This document shows, piece after piece, positions 35,801 to 49,374 of a stretch of DNA of 64,000 nt. The stretch's first letter is position 1. Each line of letters opens with the position of its first letter. The DNA is from Raja brachyura (taxonomy: Eukaryota), in NCBI GenBank assembly GCA_963514005.1, contig OY740807.1:14632001-14696000 (forward strand), read 5' to 3'. The position numbers and the translations under genes are program-made. Below the pieces are notes generated by a model, which ran no database searches, was not told the DNA's origin, and was given only the letters and a program-made list of their open reading frames with translations.

Positions 35801-38800
35801 GGTGTAAATCCTGAAACTCCCTTTCCAATGTCAGTGGAAGAATATCTCTACCAGAAGTACTACAGTGGCTCAAGAAGGTAGTTGGCCATCACTTTCACTG
35901 GTAACTAAGGATATGTGATAACTGCTGGCCTTGTCAGAGATGCCCATATATATATATATATTATATATGGGCATCTATATTATATATATATATATATATT
36001 GAATCCTCGATTCCTTCAACAATTAGAAAACAATACATTTATCTTTTGAGTGCAACCAACATCTGAGCCGTTACAGCCCTCAATCGTGATATTAAAATGC
36101 TTAAAGAATTCTAAAGATTCATTCTGAGTGAAATTTGTCTCATCTCAACCCTCTGATGCCTGGTCATCAACCAGACTCTTCATTTGGAGAAACCTCTTTC
36201 CAGCCATAACCCTGTTGAGCCCTGCAAACAAGCGGACATATCCCGACCAATCAATCCTCTTTTGCAACTTTCTCCTCCCCACTCACATCAGTCTAAAGGA
36301 TGGTCCCAACCCAAAACGTTGTCTGTCTATTCAGATGTTACCTGCTACATTCCTCCAGCACTATATGTTTTGCTCAATATTTCAGCATTGGCAGTTTCTT
36401 GCGTCTCCATTTTACTACCCAGCCCCCCGATGTGTTGCCCACATGGAATTATAAAAACAAGTCATTTTAAACATATTCAGAGGCAGTAACACCAATGCTA
36501 ACTCTTTTTTTTTACGAGCTTCTAGGCAATATATCATCATTATCAGAACCAGAAGCCGCTGTATAGAACTCACATCCAAATATTTAAACCATCTTACAAT
36601 TACCTACTTTAAAAAAAAATCTCTATATAATAAATACATTTCAGTCATCTGCCAAGTTTTCCCAAGAGACACGGTGTAATTTGGCAGTCTAATTGCTCTT
36701 GTGTAAAACGGAATTTGTTCAGGATTTTCTGTTTGGGTTCAGGAGCACTGGCTGAATAGATGTTTCAATGGGCCATGTTACAAAGATTTACAAATTGCTT
36801 GTGTTTATTTGCATTTTATAGACATTCTGATCCATGCATAAAATGTTTCTTGGATGCTTACAACACTTTTATTAACCATGAATAACAACTACAGTGGAAT
36901 GTTTGCCTGAAACGGTTTAAAAACAAAGTCAATGCAATCACAGGGCGTAAAATTAATCACAGGGAAGCCTATAGACATAGTGTTGCCAATTTATGAATGT
37001 AAACGGGTTAGCATATGTTAAAACATGGACTAGGTAAGGCCTGTACTATATTTGAAGAAATATTTACATTAACATGACTGGGTATACTCCTTTTCTACAT
37101 CCACCCACTTTGATCTATTTTTGTTTTGAACATTATATATAACGAGTTATACATTTTATATTGTTGCCAACTTTGGACACTGGCCTAGAATTGGAGCTGA
37201 TAGTGCGAGAGATCTGAATTTACTCATACTCCACATATACCCACCCCTTGGTTATTCTTAGTGGCTTCTTAATAATATCAATGACAGTCCTCATGGAATC
37301 CTGGAACCCGCTGTTCATCATAGTCATTTGTACATCAGTGTGGAATGATCTCCACTGTACACGTGCCAAAGTAAACTCAAGAGAGATTTGCAAGCACAGG
37401 TTTTATAAGATGAGGAACACCATACCAGTGCAGTATCAAAGAGCTTTGAAAAGTGCTTCCGACCTTCTCTGACATCTGGCTATCTCTTTTAGCATAATAT
37501 ACTAATATTTTTCTTATGTTTCGGCTCTATGGACATTATCATCCATTCTTTCAATGGGGTTATAATTTACAGACAAGGAGATGAATTCCATGAGTGTGAT
37601 CTAAGTATGCATTCATGGGCCTCTCTCTTGGCCATAGGATACCAAATTGCAGCCAGAAAATATAAATGATGAAAATCTATCCCGTAGACTGGTAGCTGCA
37701 GTAAAAATGTTGCCTTTAGTCCTTTGGCACTCTTTTGGTTTTTTTTAAATGGTCATTAAAGATAATGAAAGATGATTGAATATAAATGTTTGAGAAAATT
37801 GGCAAAAGTGGGTTTGGGCGGAAGACCAAAGCAAACCTCAATGTTAAATGTTAAATTGGAAAGTGCCTTAGAAATTACATGTTAAACTGCATAGTACTAC
37901 ACAATTAACTGAATGCTCATTGCCGTTCACCGGGTGGCACCAAATCCCAGTGGCTGCAGTCCACATGGACTTGAACTGTGTCACTGGGTTTGGACAGCAT
38001 GCTCGTTTGTTAGAAAATATCAAACATAACAGGGACTGGTAGTTCACTGAAAAACACAGAGAAACCACAAGCAGTGCAAGGCTTTTAGAAAATGACTCAC
38101 AAGCCTTGTTTATGCCATTTAAGTTGTGTATCTGGATTACATCACTTTGTGAGATTAAAATCAATGTAAAAAACAAGTTTTTTTTCCACAAAAAATTTAC
38201 TTCCAGGCTAAGTGATGAGGATGCATTTTTCAAATTTAGCCTGACCAGCTTCTTGAGAACCAACAAGCTTTGGTGCAATGCTGGTTCTATGTCCTATCTG
38301 ATTCTATTCTATATTAAAAATCAAAATACAACACATTAATTGGTGTGTAAAGCCTGATCCTATGGAATTCCCACCTGAAGATTTATAGGATTAATTATAA
38401 TTAACCCTTCCTTGAAAAGTGAAAAATGTTTTCTCATGAACACATGTTTAGAATGATTACCAGACATGCGTATCGAGCAGAATGCAGAAATGTCACCAGT
38501 TAAATATTTTCTGTTGTCACTTTGCTTGTAAAGATGAACAGGACAAGCGATCTTGCAGGTGCCCCTGAATGCATCAGCAGCAAACCTTAATAAATTCATA
38601 GCTTCAATCCCTGTAGCAAGTGCTTCTCTCCTGTCTTACACACAGACAAAATATGCCCCAGAGAGGAAACCACAATGTGAATCACATGATTTGAATTTGA
38701 ATTTTCTAACGGAAGTTCAGGGAGTTCTATGTGCTTAATCTTTTCATTCATAAAAGTTCATAAAAAGTAACAGAGTGAACACACATGTTTCTTTGCAGGA

Positions 38801-39574
38801 AATACTGCGAAGAGGAACGTTTCATCAATCATTTAGAACATCGTGGCACCAACAGTAATTCTACGTTGACAAGTACAACTGAAATGGCTTGAGGTGCTAG
38901 AAAACCGAACTTTGTTTCACTAATATGGTATCAATTTACATGAAAATGGAGATTATCGTGCTTGTCACTTACAATTAGAATGAGGACATTCTAATTGTGA
39001 TTTGATTTCATTGTCTGGGAATCACCATTGGTGTGCCAGGTCTGCTGGAGCAGAATATAGAGTTCCCAACTACCAGATATATCATGTGAGCACCAAGAAG
39101 AGATATCCCATCCAATGTATTTAGACAAACTAACAAAGGAGTAAGTTTTCTCCTTTAAAGTTCATTAAGAAATTACTGTGTTATTACAGATGAACATTTG
39201 TCTGACTGAAAATAGCCAGCTCCACATAAATGAATTAAAAAAAAAAATGTAACATAAGTTCCTCACTCTCACAGCGTATATCATCAAGTGCATCCTCTTG
39301 TTGCTCTTGGCCATTCAATTATCACACATTCACATTGTGCACAGGTTGTGCCAGTTCACCACGGATTTGCTTTGCATCAGACAAAAGACATTTAGAAAAG
39401 AGTATCAATAGGAAACTCATCATTATTACTTCATGAAATTACTTTCACCGCAGTAAAAATATCACAGGAATCCGCTGATAAACACGACGGTCTTAACTGG
39501 GGCAGCACAAGCTTTCAACGAACAAAGTCTAATGGTTATAAGTATTATACCTCCTCTCCCCAAAACAAAATTCA

Positions 39575-39715
<141 letters not shown>

Positions 39716-40029
39716 TTACATTCCAAACAGATAAAACCAGCTAGTTATTTTTAAAATTTGCTTGCAGTACAATAAAGCTTCAAATAAATGTATCAGAGAA
39801 AATGTTCTACAACTCCAAAATTCAGCATTCTGTTGCTCAAATGATCTTTCATAAATAATAACAACCTTCCGCATACGAGTTGGAAATAGGTGCCTCAGAC
39901 CACCACACTGACAGGTAGTTCACAGCACTCTAGAGGGAGAACCTACACAGTCAGACAACCTCAGCATTGGTTACATTTTCATCTCTCAGTCAAAGGTTTC
40001 TGAATTCATCCCATTGCATAGCATTGGCT

Positions 40030-40175
40030 CATAATCAAAGCTGACACCTCTGTGAATACTGAGAGAGGGCTGCACTACTGAAGTGATGTGTTTTGGATTA
40101 GATGTCAAACTGATCTCTCAGGTGAATGCAGAAAATCCCAGGCTCTATTCAAAGAAAAGTCCTTGAGTTTTACTG
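40030..40175 (+). mobile_element. Ancient Deu-domain SINE remnant (SacSINE1/AmnSINE1-like)
   Basis: gctgacacctctgtgaatactgagagagggctgcact..ctctcaggtgaatgcagaaaatccca resembles the Deu central domain (from memory). Confidence 0.55.
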
Positions 40176-40362
40176 AGTATTCTGAGTTTTGTATTTCTAG
40201 GACATAGAACAGTACAGTACAGGAGCAGGCCCTTCGGCCCACAATGTCTGTGCCAAACATGACGCCATGCTAAACTAATCTCCTATGCCTGCACGTGATT
40301 CTCATCCCTCCATTCCCTGTATATCCACGTGCCCATCTAACAGCTTCTTAAACGCCACTATT

Positions 40363-40725
40363 CATGCGCAGGCACGGCTGACGGGTTCCCGTTGTGACAA
40401 TTCCCCCCCACACACACACTAACCCCCCCACCACACACATTAGCCCCCCCCCACACACACATGTTAATCCCCCCCCCCACACACACACACACACTAACAC
40501 CTGCCCCCCCCCCCCCACACACACACACTAATCTCTCTATCTCTATCTCTCTGTCACCTCTCCCTCCCTCTCCTTTTCCCTACCCTCAGTCACTGTCTGG
40601 TGGCAGCTGAGATTCCATTGTGATGTCATTTTGGCGTAGGTCCCCCCACAAACACAGACAGACATCCGACAGACAGACAGATAGAAGACGAGACTTTTAG
40701 TAGTATATAGATAGATATAGATAGA
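40363..40725 (-). mobile_element. Truncated Helitron-family fragment
   Basis: Minus strand begins TCTATCTATATCTATCTATATACTACTAAAAGTCTCGTCTT. It shares GCGCAGGC..GGCTGACGGGTTCCCG with 54098-54122; the 3' hairpin is missing. Confidence 0.65.
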
Positions 40726-41430
40726 TGTGCGGGACAAGCTTTTTTTAATGCAAAGGGTGATGGGTGCCTTAAAACGCACTTCCAGACCTGGTGGTGGAAA
40801 CAGATACAGTAGTGTTGTTTAAGAGGCTTTGAGATAGGCACATGGATATGCAGGGAACAGAGGGATATGGATTATCAGGCAGATTATTTTTGCATCAAGT
40901 TTGCCACAGATATTGTGGGCCGAAAGGCCTGTTCATGTGTTTTTTTTCAATGTTTTATGAATGTGCTACTGTAGGGTTTGTCCTGCAGTGGTTCATCGCG
41001 TAAGGACTTAATTCCATACAGCTGACAGATTGGGCATTCCAATTGCTGAACCCAAGCAGTTGTAGCAGACACTGTCTCACTTGTGAAATGGAGTTGCAGA
41101 TTACAGATCTCCACTAATGATCCACAAATATTGGTCTTTGGCCAGAGAACAGTCTGAAGAAAGCTCTATATCACTTTACACCACAAGTGCATCCTAAGGA
41201 ATTGTCCCTCTTCCAACAACTCATGCAATAATGTGGAAACAATCGAGTTCTTAGTTTCAAATCATCTTATGCCAGTAATTTCCCAAAATGGCTGACACCT
41301 GCAAAATTGGCAAAATGAAGACTAAATAAAATACAGAAGTTGGAAGGGACCAAGAAAACCAAGATGTGTGATGCCCAAAAAATCCCAAGAGTGATTCCAA
41401 TAATAGTTAAACATTGTTAAGTCTAAAGTG

Positions 41431-41636
41431 CGAACTGGAACTGCAGATGCTGGTTTAGACAAAGATAAACACAAAGTGATGGAGTAACTCAGAGGGTCAG
41501 GCAGCATCTCTGGAAAAAAAAGGATAGGTACATTTCTAATCCGAATAAGGATCCCAACCTGAAACGTCACCTATCCTTTATCTCCAGTGATGCTGCCTGA
41601 CCCATTGATTTACTCCAGCACTTTGTGTCTATCTTA
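41431..41636. mobile_element. Penelope-derived fold-back
   Basis: Inverted arms (acacaaagtgatggagtaa.. / ..ttactccagcactttgtgt); flanking aagtc(t/c)aaagtg repeat. Confidence 0.75.
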
Positions 41637-41804
41637 AAGTCCAAAGTGACTTGGTCTTCTTTAGATTGGGTGTCCACCATCTCAAATTCAGAATTCCATT
41701 CAGATTCATAAAATTTAACATGTCTAAAATATCAAAACGAGGCTTTTCATGCTGCCAGCAGTTTCATTTCTTTATCTCAAGTTTCTATCTCAAGAGTATG
41801 AAAG

Positions 41805-41925
41805 GGATTGCAGATGCCGGTTAACACTGAAGATAGACCGAAAATGCTGGAGTAACTCAGAGGGATAGACAGTATCGCTGGAGAGAAGGAATAGGTGGCA
41901 TTTCTGGTTGAGACCCTTCTTTAGC
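41805..41925 (-). mobile_element. Penelope-derived unit (single arm)
   Basis: tgcagatgccggtt..aatgctggagtaactcag..gagacccttctt. Confidence 0.7.
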
Positions 41926-42031
41926 CTGTAGTTAGGGGCACAACTAAGACATGTGGTATGGGACCAAATATTTCATCCCTAACAAAGCCCTGCAGCATTT
42001 CCAAAGTTCACAGGTTTTGATTAATACCTTA

Positions 42032-42244
<213 letters not shown>

Positions 42245-42447
42245 TCATGTTAAAAAGTCAAGTCGGTGGAAGGAACATCTATGAACACCATATATCAGTG
42301 AATACTACATTAAACACAGATAGAAACATAGAAAATAGGTGCAGGAGGAGGATCATTGTGATCATGGCTGATCGTCCCCTATCAATAACCCGTGCCTGCC
42401 CTCTCCCCATATCCCTTGACTCCACTAGCCCCTAGAGCTCTATCTAA

Positions 42448-42682
42448 TGCCCCTGTCCCACTTAGGAAACCTGAACGGAAACCTCTGGAGACTTTGTGCC
42501 CCACCCAAGGTTTCCGTGCGGTTCCCGGAGGTTTTTGTCAGTCTCCCTAATGGCCGAAAGTGTTTTCCGCTTCTTCTATAGAACATAGAAGAAGCAGAAA
42601 TCACTTTCGACCATTAAACTGGAAACCACTTTCGACCATAAGACTGACAAAAACGTTCAGTTTCCTAAGTGGGACTGGGGCA
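42448..42682. mobile_element. PIF/Harbinger-type MITE inserted into a CR1 3' fragment
   Basis: TIRs TGCCCCTGTCCCACTTAGGAAAC / GTTTCCTAAGTGGGACTGGGGCA. Exact TAA TSD (42445-47, 42683-85) splits the LINE sequence ctatctaa|ctctctcttaaa. Confidence 0.88.
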
Positions 42683-43129
42683 TAACTCTCTCTTAAATCC
42701 ACTGGTAAACTCTTTCTTAAGTTCACTGGTAAATGCACTATATGTAAAGGCCAACATAAGAAAAAGTGGCAGGAACACAAGGAGTTCATGCATCCCCTTG
42801 AATCTGCTCCATTCCACAAGGTCATGATTACTTCAACACCATTTTCCGATCCACCTCCATTCCCCTTGATTCTCTAGTATCCAGTTATTTCCCTCACCCT
42901 CTAATAGATCCTTGGACTATCTTTAATTGGACATCACGGGAACTTATCTTGCACTAAACTTTTTTTCCTTTATCGTGTATCTGTACACTGTGGTTGGCTC
43001 AATTGTAATCATGTGTGGTCTTTCTGCTAAGTGATTAACATGCAACATTAACTTTTCACTGTACCTTGGTACACGTGACAACAAACTAAATGATTGATTA
43101 TCAGTCTCAGTTATTATTCTGAGTGGAAG

Positions 43130-43700
43130 AGAATTTAAAGGCGATCTGACGAGCAAGTTGTTTTTACAGAGACTGATTGATATCTGGAACATGCTGTTGG
43201 CGGAACTGGTTGGAGGTACAATAATATATTCAAGAGGGCACATAGGCAGATTTTTATATTGATAAAGCACTGGAGGATATGGTCCTAATGTGGGCAAACA
43301 GGATTAATGTAGATGAGCAAAAGAGGTCAGCATGCACGTGGTGGGCTGAAGGGCCGGTTTTTGTGCTATACTGTGACCAGGACTGGGTCTGCACTGGTTA
43401 GATGCTGGAATGATGTTCCCAAAACCAGGAAAATGCAGAGGTAGGGGCCACTATTTAAGGATGATGGATAATCAATGTAGGACTCAGTTGAGGAGAATCT
43501 TCTCTCAGATTGATGCACCTCAGAATTATCTACCTCAGAAAGCAGAGCACGTAAAATTAGTAATTATATTCAAGAAATTAGATAGATTCCTGACAGCTGA
43601 AGAGATCAAGGGTTATGGGGATCAAGCTTAAACAGGGTGTTGAATTGGATGGCTAGCTATGATTATATTGAATGGTAGAGCACGCTCAAAGACCCAATAC
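43130..43700 (+). mobile_element. Two adjacent diverged CR1 3' fragments
   Basis: tttttacagagact..tggaacatgctg..gggctgaagggcc, then atgttcccaaaacc..gatcaagggttatgggg..ctatgattatattgaatgg. Confidence 0.65.
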
Positions 43701-46453
43701 TATCAGGTTCAAAGTCATAAAGAATGGAAACAGGCCATTCTATCCAATTCGTCCATGCTAACCAAAATACCCATCTAAACTATTATTTATTTCTATGTTT
43801 CTATGTCAACAGACGTGATTGAAAAATAAGGAATGTTGGTTTGATAGTGGATGCTGTTTTCAAAAAGTTAACTCAAGATGCAGCTCACTAAACAATACAG
43901 GTCAGACAAAATCCATTCTGTTTATCGTGCCAATGATGTCTCTTTGAAAGAACTATCCAATTATTTTTGCGTTGCTAATTTGGAAGTTGATCATAAAATT
44001 GTTGTATTCACTCACAAAACAAAGTTTAAAAGATGAAGCAAATAAGCAAAGAATGTATTAATATGTACATTTCCAGATGGTCTGAGAAGCACAGACTCCA
44101 GGGATTAAACTGAGAATATCTTTTTTCTGTTTTTGTTCATCATCCCCTCTCATCCCCCTCCACCATGAACAGGTCAGAATGACCTGCCTTTGTATAACAG
44201 AATTGAGTTAGATCTCATGGGAGTTATTCAATGCACAATTACTAAACTAAAATTTCCGCCATGTACAAAACAGCCTACCGCAGTTATGATAGCACATCAA
44301 AGTATTATTTAATCCAAACTGCACCCACAGTGAATAGTTTTTAAATATTGAGCCAGATGCGGTCACACTAAGTTTCTGAAGATTATGATCAGACAGATTA
44401 TGAAGAGTGTTCATGTCGACCTGAGGTAATGTTTTTTTTGAATCTGGAATATCCATGGGTGGCAGGTCAGTGCAGTGAGCATAACGATGCCATGGACTTA
44501 TTCCACATCTCCTTCAATTCATCTTTACTGAAATCAACAGTTCTCACCATGGGAGAAGTGCGTTTGCTCCCAGGCCCCTACTGTTACAGCTTTTGATCAC
44601 AACTGGCAATATCTATATGCTTTACAACAAGCTCAATACTGACATCTAAACTACAACCTTTCTTGGGCAGTAAGCACAGTACAATTAGCAAAAGCTTAAA
44701 ATTGGTGCAGTTCATGGAAGTATTTATTCAAACAAGAAGTCGTGGAGATCCTAATAGCACAAACTATTCAACCTTCCACCCTATTTGTGATATAATCTGC
44801 GAGTGCCATGCTGGGCTCATAAGTCATTTCAGAGCTCTCAGGAAGCAAGTCATTCTTGATCTAGAGGAACTGTCTAGGAAGACCACTTCTAATAAAAGAA
44901 TGTCAGCAGTTCTTCAATCATCCCCTTCCCTCCCCACCTCAAATAGTTGCTTCTACTTGGGTTCCAAGCATGCATCTCTGACTAGTTATATTACAAATAC
45001 TTTATGAATGCATTGCACTTATTCTGTCTGATCAAAGTTATAAAGACTTTTACATCAAGCTTTATTCGATCACAAGAAAGTTGAACAGAATGTATTTAGA
45101 ATGCATGGTGGTCAAATTCTTCCCTCCCTCCAGAGAAGCTTGACACTGGTGCAAGAAAGCAGCCCAGAAGTAGGTCTCAAGCCTGTTCCACTGTTCAATT
45201 AAATCACTCTTGATCTAAATATTATTTCCATTCAATTACCTTCTATATCTACGAATTTGTCCATCAACAAAAAGCTATGAAACTCAGATTTTAAACTTTC
45301 AATTGGCCAGAACTAGAGCAGCTTTGAGGGGAGAAAGTCGGAGATCTCCACTACCTTTGGTGTGTTGAATAGTCAGAATGGTCTCTTGTTCTGTGTGTGC
45401 CACTGGAGAAAGGTCACAGTTTGGTTGCCAGCAATCTTCTCATTATAAAACATATTGCAGGTCTTGTGATGATTATTAGATTGCCAAAAATCTGCAGAAG
45501 GTCTGGCTGATTTTTAACAGCAAGCATTCAGAACCTGCTTGCTCCTGGCACCAATGAGTCCTGTAACTTCAATTCTAGAAAATTTATCATGTGAATTTAC
45601 AACTTCATCACCTAGACATTAAGTATTGCATGTGAAACACATAGAGGAAATCTGGGCTGGCCAATAGCCTTTCCATAACAGAAATTATTTGAATGGAAGA
45701 TAGATCAAGCAGGGCCTAGTCTAGAAATGCAATCTCTGCTACTGATTTTCCAGACAAAATTTCATCCATAATGTCTTTGTTGCACCCAGAACAGTGACAT
45801 ACATTGGAGGTGCATCTTATTTACATTGGTTGACTTATAATGAACCCACAGCAAGGGTTTGTCTGTACAACAAGAAGTTGGATTTACCTAACGTAATAAA
45901 ATGTCCCGAGGCTAGTTATTGGACAGCTCACAAACAAAATGTGAAACAGAGACTGAGAGGAATATGATTGGTGATCAGACGCTGAGTCAAAGGGATAGAA
46001 ATTAATAAGTAGGTAAAATAGGAGAAAGAGGCAGAGAGCTTTAGAAAAGCAATTCCTGAGTTTGGGTTGTTTCAGGCATGGCTGCTTATGGTTAAAGCGC
46101 ATGAGGTATAATTCATTCCTAGACAACAGATTTTACAGGCTCCAAGCACAGTTAGACAGTAACCAGGATAATACTGCTGAGGCCTTGAACTTGTGTCCTT
46201 TGTAATTTCAGCTCTGGTGAACTTTGGATTCTAGGTCATGGTGTCAGCATAAGTAATGGAGTACAATGGAGTTAATAAAAAAATGCACAGGCATTGGGAT
46301 TCTAGATTTTTACAAATGTAATCTAGGATTGCTATGCACAGTAATGGAAAAGTAAAGCTAAAAATAACTCATTATTTTGGGGGATGAGGAAACAAGGCCA
46401 TCATTAGGTTTAGGTTCATTATTGTGATGTGTACCGAGGAACAGTGAAAAGCT

Positions 46454-46539
46454 GGGTCTTGACCCGAAACGTCGCCTATCCCCTTCGCTCCTTAGACGCT
46501 GCTGCACCCGCTGAGTTTCTCCAGCCTTTTGTGTACCCC
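46454..46539 (+). mobile_element. Penelope-derived mini-insertion inside a LINE tail
   Basis: GGGTCTTGACCCGAAACGTCGCC..; exact 12-bp TSD CAGTGAAAAGCT (46442-53, 46540-51). Confidence 0.85.
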
Positions 46540-46839
46540 CAGTGAAAAGCTTGGTTTTGTGTGCTATCAATATACCAGGTATTAAAATAATCAAGTCAAA
46601 CTCAAGTACAATACAGTAGATGGAGCAAAGGAGAAGATACAGTGCAGAATCTAGCTGTCATTGACAGAATCTCACCAGCAGCAATGCAATACTCATACTG
46701 ATTTCAGGATAGATATATTATGGGTGAATGCAGGACCCTTCTTTGATAATGGGAAATGGCATTAAGCAAGGGCCTTGCTTTCATTTGAAAGATGACGCAT
46801 CTCTGACTTGATACTGCATGATGTTGAATACTGTTGAAT

Positions 46840-47320
46840 ACTGTATCGAACTTCTGCAGGTGCACTGTGAAGAGCATACTGACTGATTGCATCATGGCCT
46901 GGTTCGGAAATTCAAATGCTTGACAAATGAAGGAGGATGCAGAAAGTGGTAGACATTGGGATCAACAGGAAGTGCTGTCTCAAGAAGGAAATTAATATCA
47001 TAAAAGATCCACAAACACCCTGGCTAAACTCTCTTCTACCTACTGCCATCAGGTAGAAGAGCTGTAGAACCATTACCTCCAGATTCAAGAACTGTGCACA
47101 ACTCTAACCACAACTCTAGCTCAGCACCGAACGAGTATGGACTTTGCACTATTATGATTGCTCTATACCCATTGATCTTTGCACCATCATAATCTAGTTT
47201 ACTTAGAATAACTGACAATTTATTGTTGTTGGTTGTTGCATTCAACATGCCTGCAAAGCTGCAGCAAATAAGAGTTTAAATGTTCTGGTTCATATCTGGT
47301 GCAAATGGCAAATAAATGCT
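46840..47320 (+). mobile_element. Rex/Babar-type LINE 3' fragment
   Basis: NFCRCTVKSILTDCI.AWFGN.. and LLPSGR motifs, followed by a UTR ending in tgcagcaaataag..aataaa. Confidence 0.65.
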
Positions 47321-47744
47321 CCCCGACTCTTTGATTGGAAAGGCAGAAAGTGCTGTATATTCAATACTCTGAATTCACATTTAGACTCTTCAGACTCAGA
47401 GTCGAGAACCCTATCACAAAGGCATTACTGACACCATCACTAAAATTTCAACACAGAGTATCCAGCAAATCACATCACAACAGATTTTACAGTGTCGACA
47501 ATGGGTAATCTGCAAATATTGAGATTGCCACGCTTGAGTTCACATCAAATGTGTCACAACACTGTGACAGCTGCTTGGGAAAAGTAATTGACCCAAAAAC
47601 CGAATGAAACAACTCTATTAATGCACAATGCAGAAAAACATTTATTACAAAGAAAAAGTGACACTTCGGAGTGTTTTCAAGGCTAATGACCATATCCTGA
47701 GGTCTAAATTACTTAAATTTCATTCTCCCAGTTTATGAGGGCTT

Positions 47745-48145
47745 CTGAACCCCCTCATTAGATTAATGATATATCATCACCTCTGGGTTTGCATTATTCT
47801 ATTTCCTTTTCACCTGAATGCCTCAATTAGATTCCAACCTATAATCTTTGCCTGGGTCATTATTTATCTGTATGGAATAGATACCTAAACTCTTTAATTA
47901 CCAAACCATCCCTCAATTAGATTCCTGTCTGAAACTCATTCCCAGGTGTCCATTACTATATTTATACATCACATGAAACTCTAGATTAGATTCTAGCCTG
48001 TAACTTACTCCTGTTTGCCTATTATTTTTTTTATATATATATGATTTGCCACTCTAAATTAGATTCCGGCCTGGAATCCGCTCTCGGGTATCCATCATTA
48101 TTTATATAAAATATGTGAATTGCTTGACTAGATTACTACCCTATG
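47745..48145. repeat. Degenerate ~70-bp satellite-like tandem array, about 6 units
   Basis: (A/C)TTAGATT(CC) recurs near 47758, 47827, 47917, 47987, 48059 and 48128, with weaker ..cctgtaact.actcc.ggg..ttatt..tata similarity in between. Confidence 0.7.
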
Positions 48146-49374
48146 ACAATATATTTGTCAGGAATCATGGGTTTAGTTCAAAATATGGTTATTTACAAAC
48201 CATGGTGTGGAAATATCTGTAAAAATCTCTTGAAAGCAGATCTTAAAACTTGTTGCTATTAGTGTCTTCAACACAGTGCGGGAGGAAAAAGCATGCTGGC
48301 TTCTGAAGTTGGTTGGGAAGCCTGGCGCAAAAGAGGAAGTAGAGGACAGAATACAGTACAGGTTGGATCACTGTGAATTGAACAGACGTCTGATCTCTCA
48401 AACGGTCAGCCTCTACTGTTCCATTTAGAGTGAAAAAAGTTAGAGATCTTTTCAAAAGAAATGAAAAGAATCCCGCACATGTATACTGCTCTATATTTTC
48501 ACAACATGGCAATTATTTTTTCATAAATACAGGGAAAAAAACAGCAGCTTTATAGATTAAGCAGCAACACCATCAGTGTTGCAGAGCTGAAAAATGAGCA
48601 GATGCTTGTGCAGTTTTCACTGAGGCTATGGACAGCTGTTACTGCTGAACCGGCTGTTCCATCCAATGCAGACATATTGTACCTACCTTGCATTCTGACA
48701 GCACGCATTAACTGCACTGCATGCTGAAGAGGAGATTTCAGCAACAGCTGCTCCACAACACGGCACAGTAATGTTTGCATCACCTTTTCTTGTATTAAAA
48801 CCTGTCTGGGACAGCCATCCCTTGGGACTGTCCTCCCGTAGCTTTTAAAGGCATGTGAGTTATTCTCCCCCCCTGGAGAAGAGGGGATAAACTCACTACA
48901 GCATAAATGACATTGAATTAGAAAGTCGATGTATTATTCTGGACTCCCGTTCATAGGTTTTGCAAGACCAATGTGATGGGGAAAAAGGAACAGAGTGATC
49001 AGGATAATTAATGGCCTTTTGCTTTTTCCAGCAGAATGAAGAGACAGACTAAGATTCTATTCCATTCACGCAACTAAAGTGGTTGTTATGAGAATTAACT
49101 TCTTTTAAAGTTGAGGCCGCAGAAAAAGATAGGGTTTACGATATACTGACAAATCACGCTTCAAAGTGATAGTGTCACAGTTGCTGCCCAGGAGACCTAA
49201 GGCATCACAGCCTGAGGTTTACCTTGCAAGCTGACTGAACAGCAAATGCTGTAGATTAACATCCAAAAGGATAAAACCTTGAAGGGAAATTTTTACAGGG
49301 CTGTGGATATAGAGCTAGAGTGGAACTAATTGGATAGCTCAGCCTTAGAAACGGCACAAGCACAATTGAGACAG

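Noticed and set aside
47745-48145. CRISPR-like repeat/spacer periodicity
   Set aside because: Eukaryotic intron; the core is only ~8-10 bp, intervening segments are mutually similar, and there are no cas genes. It is a satellite.
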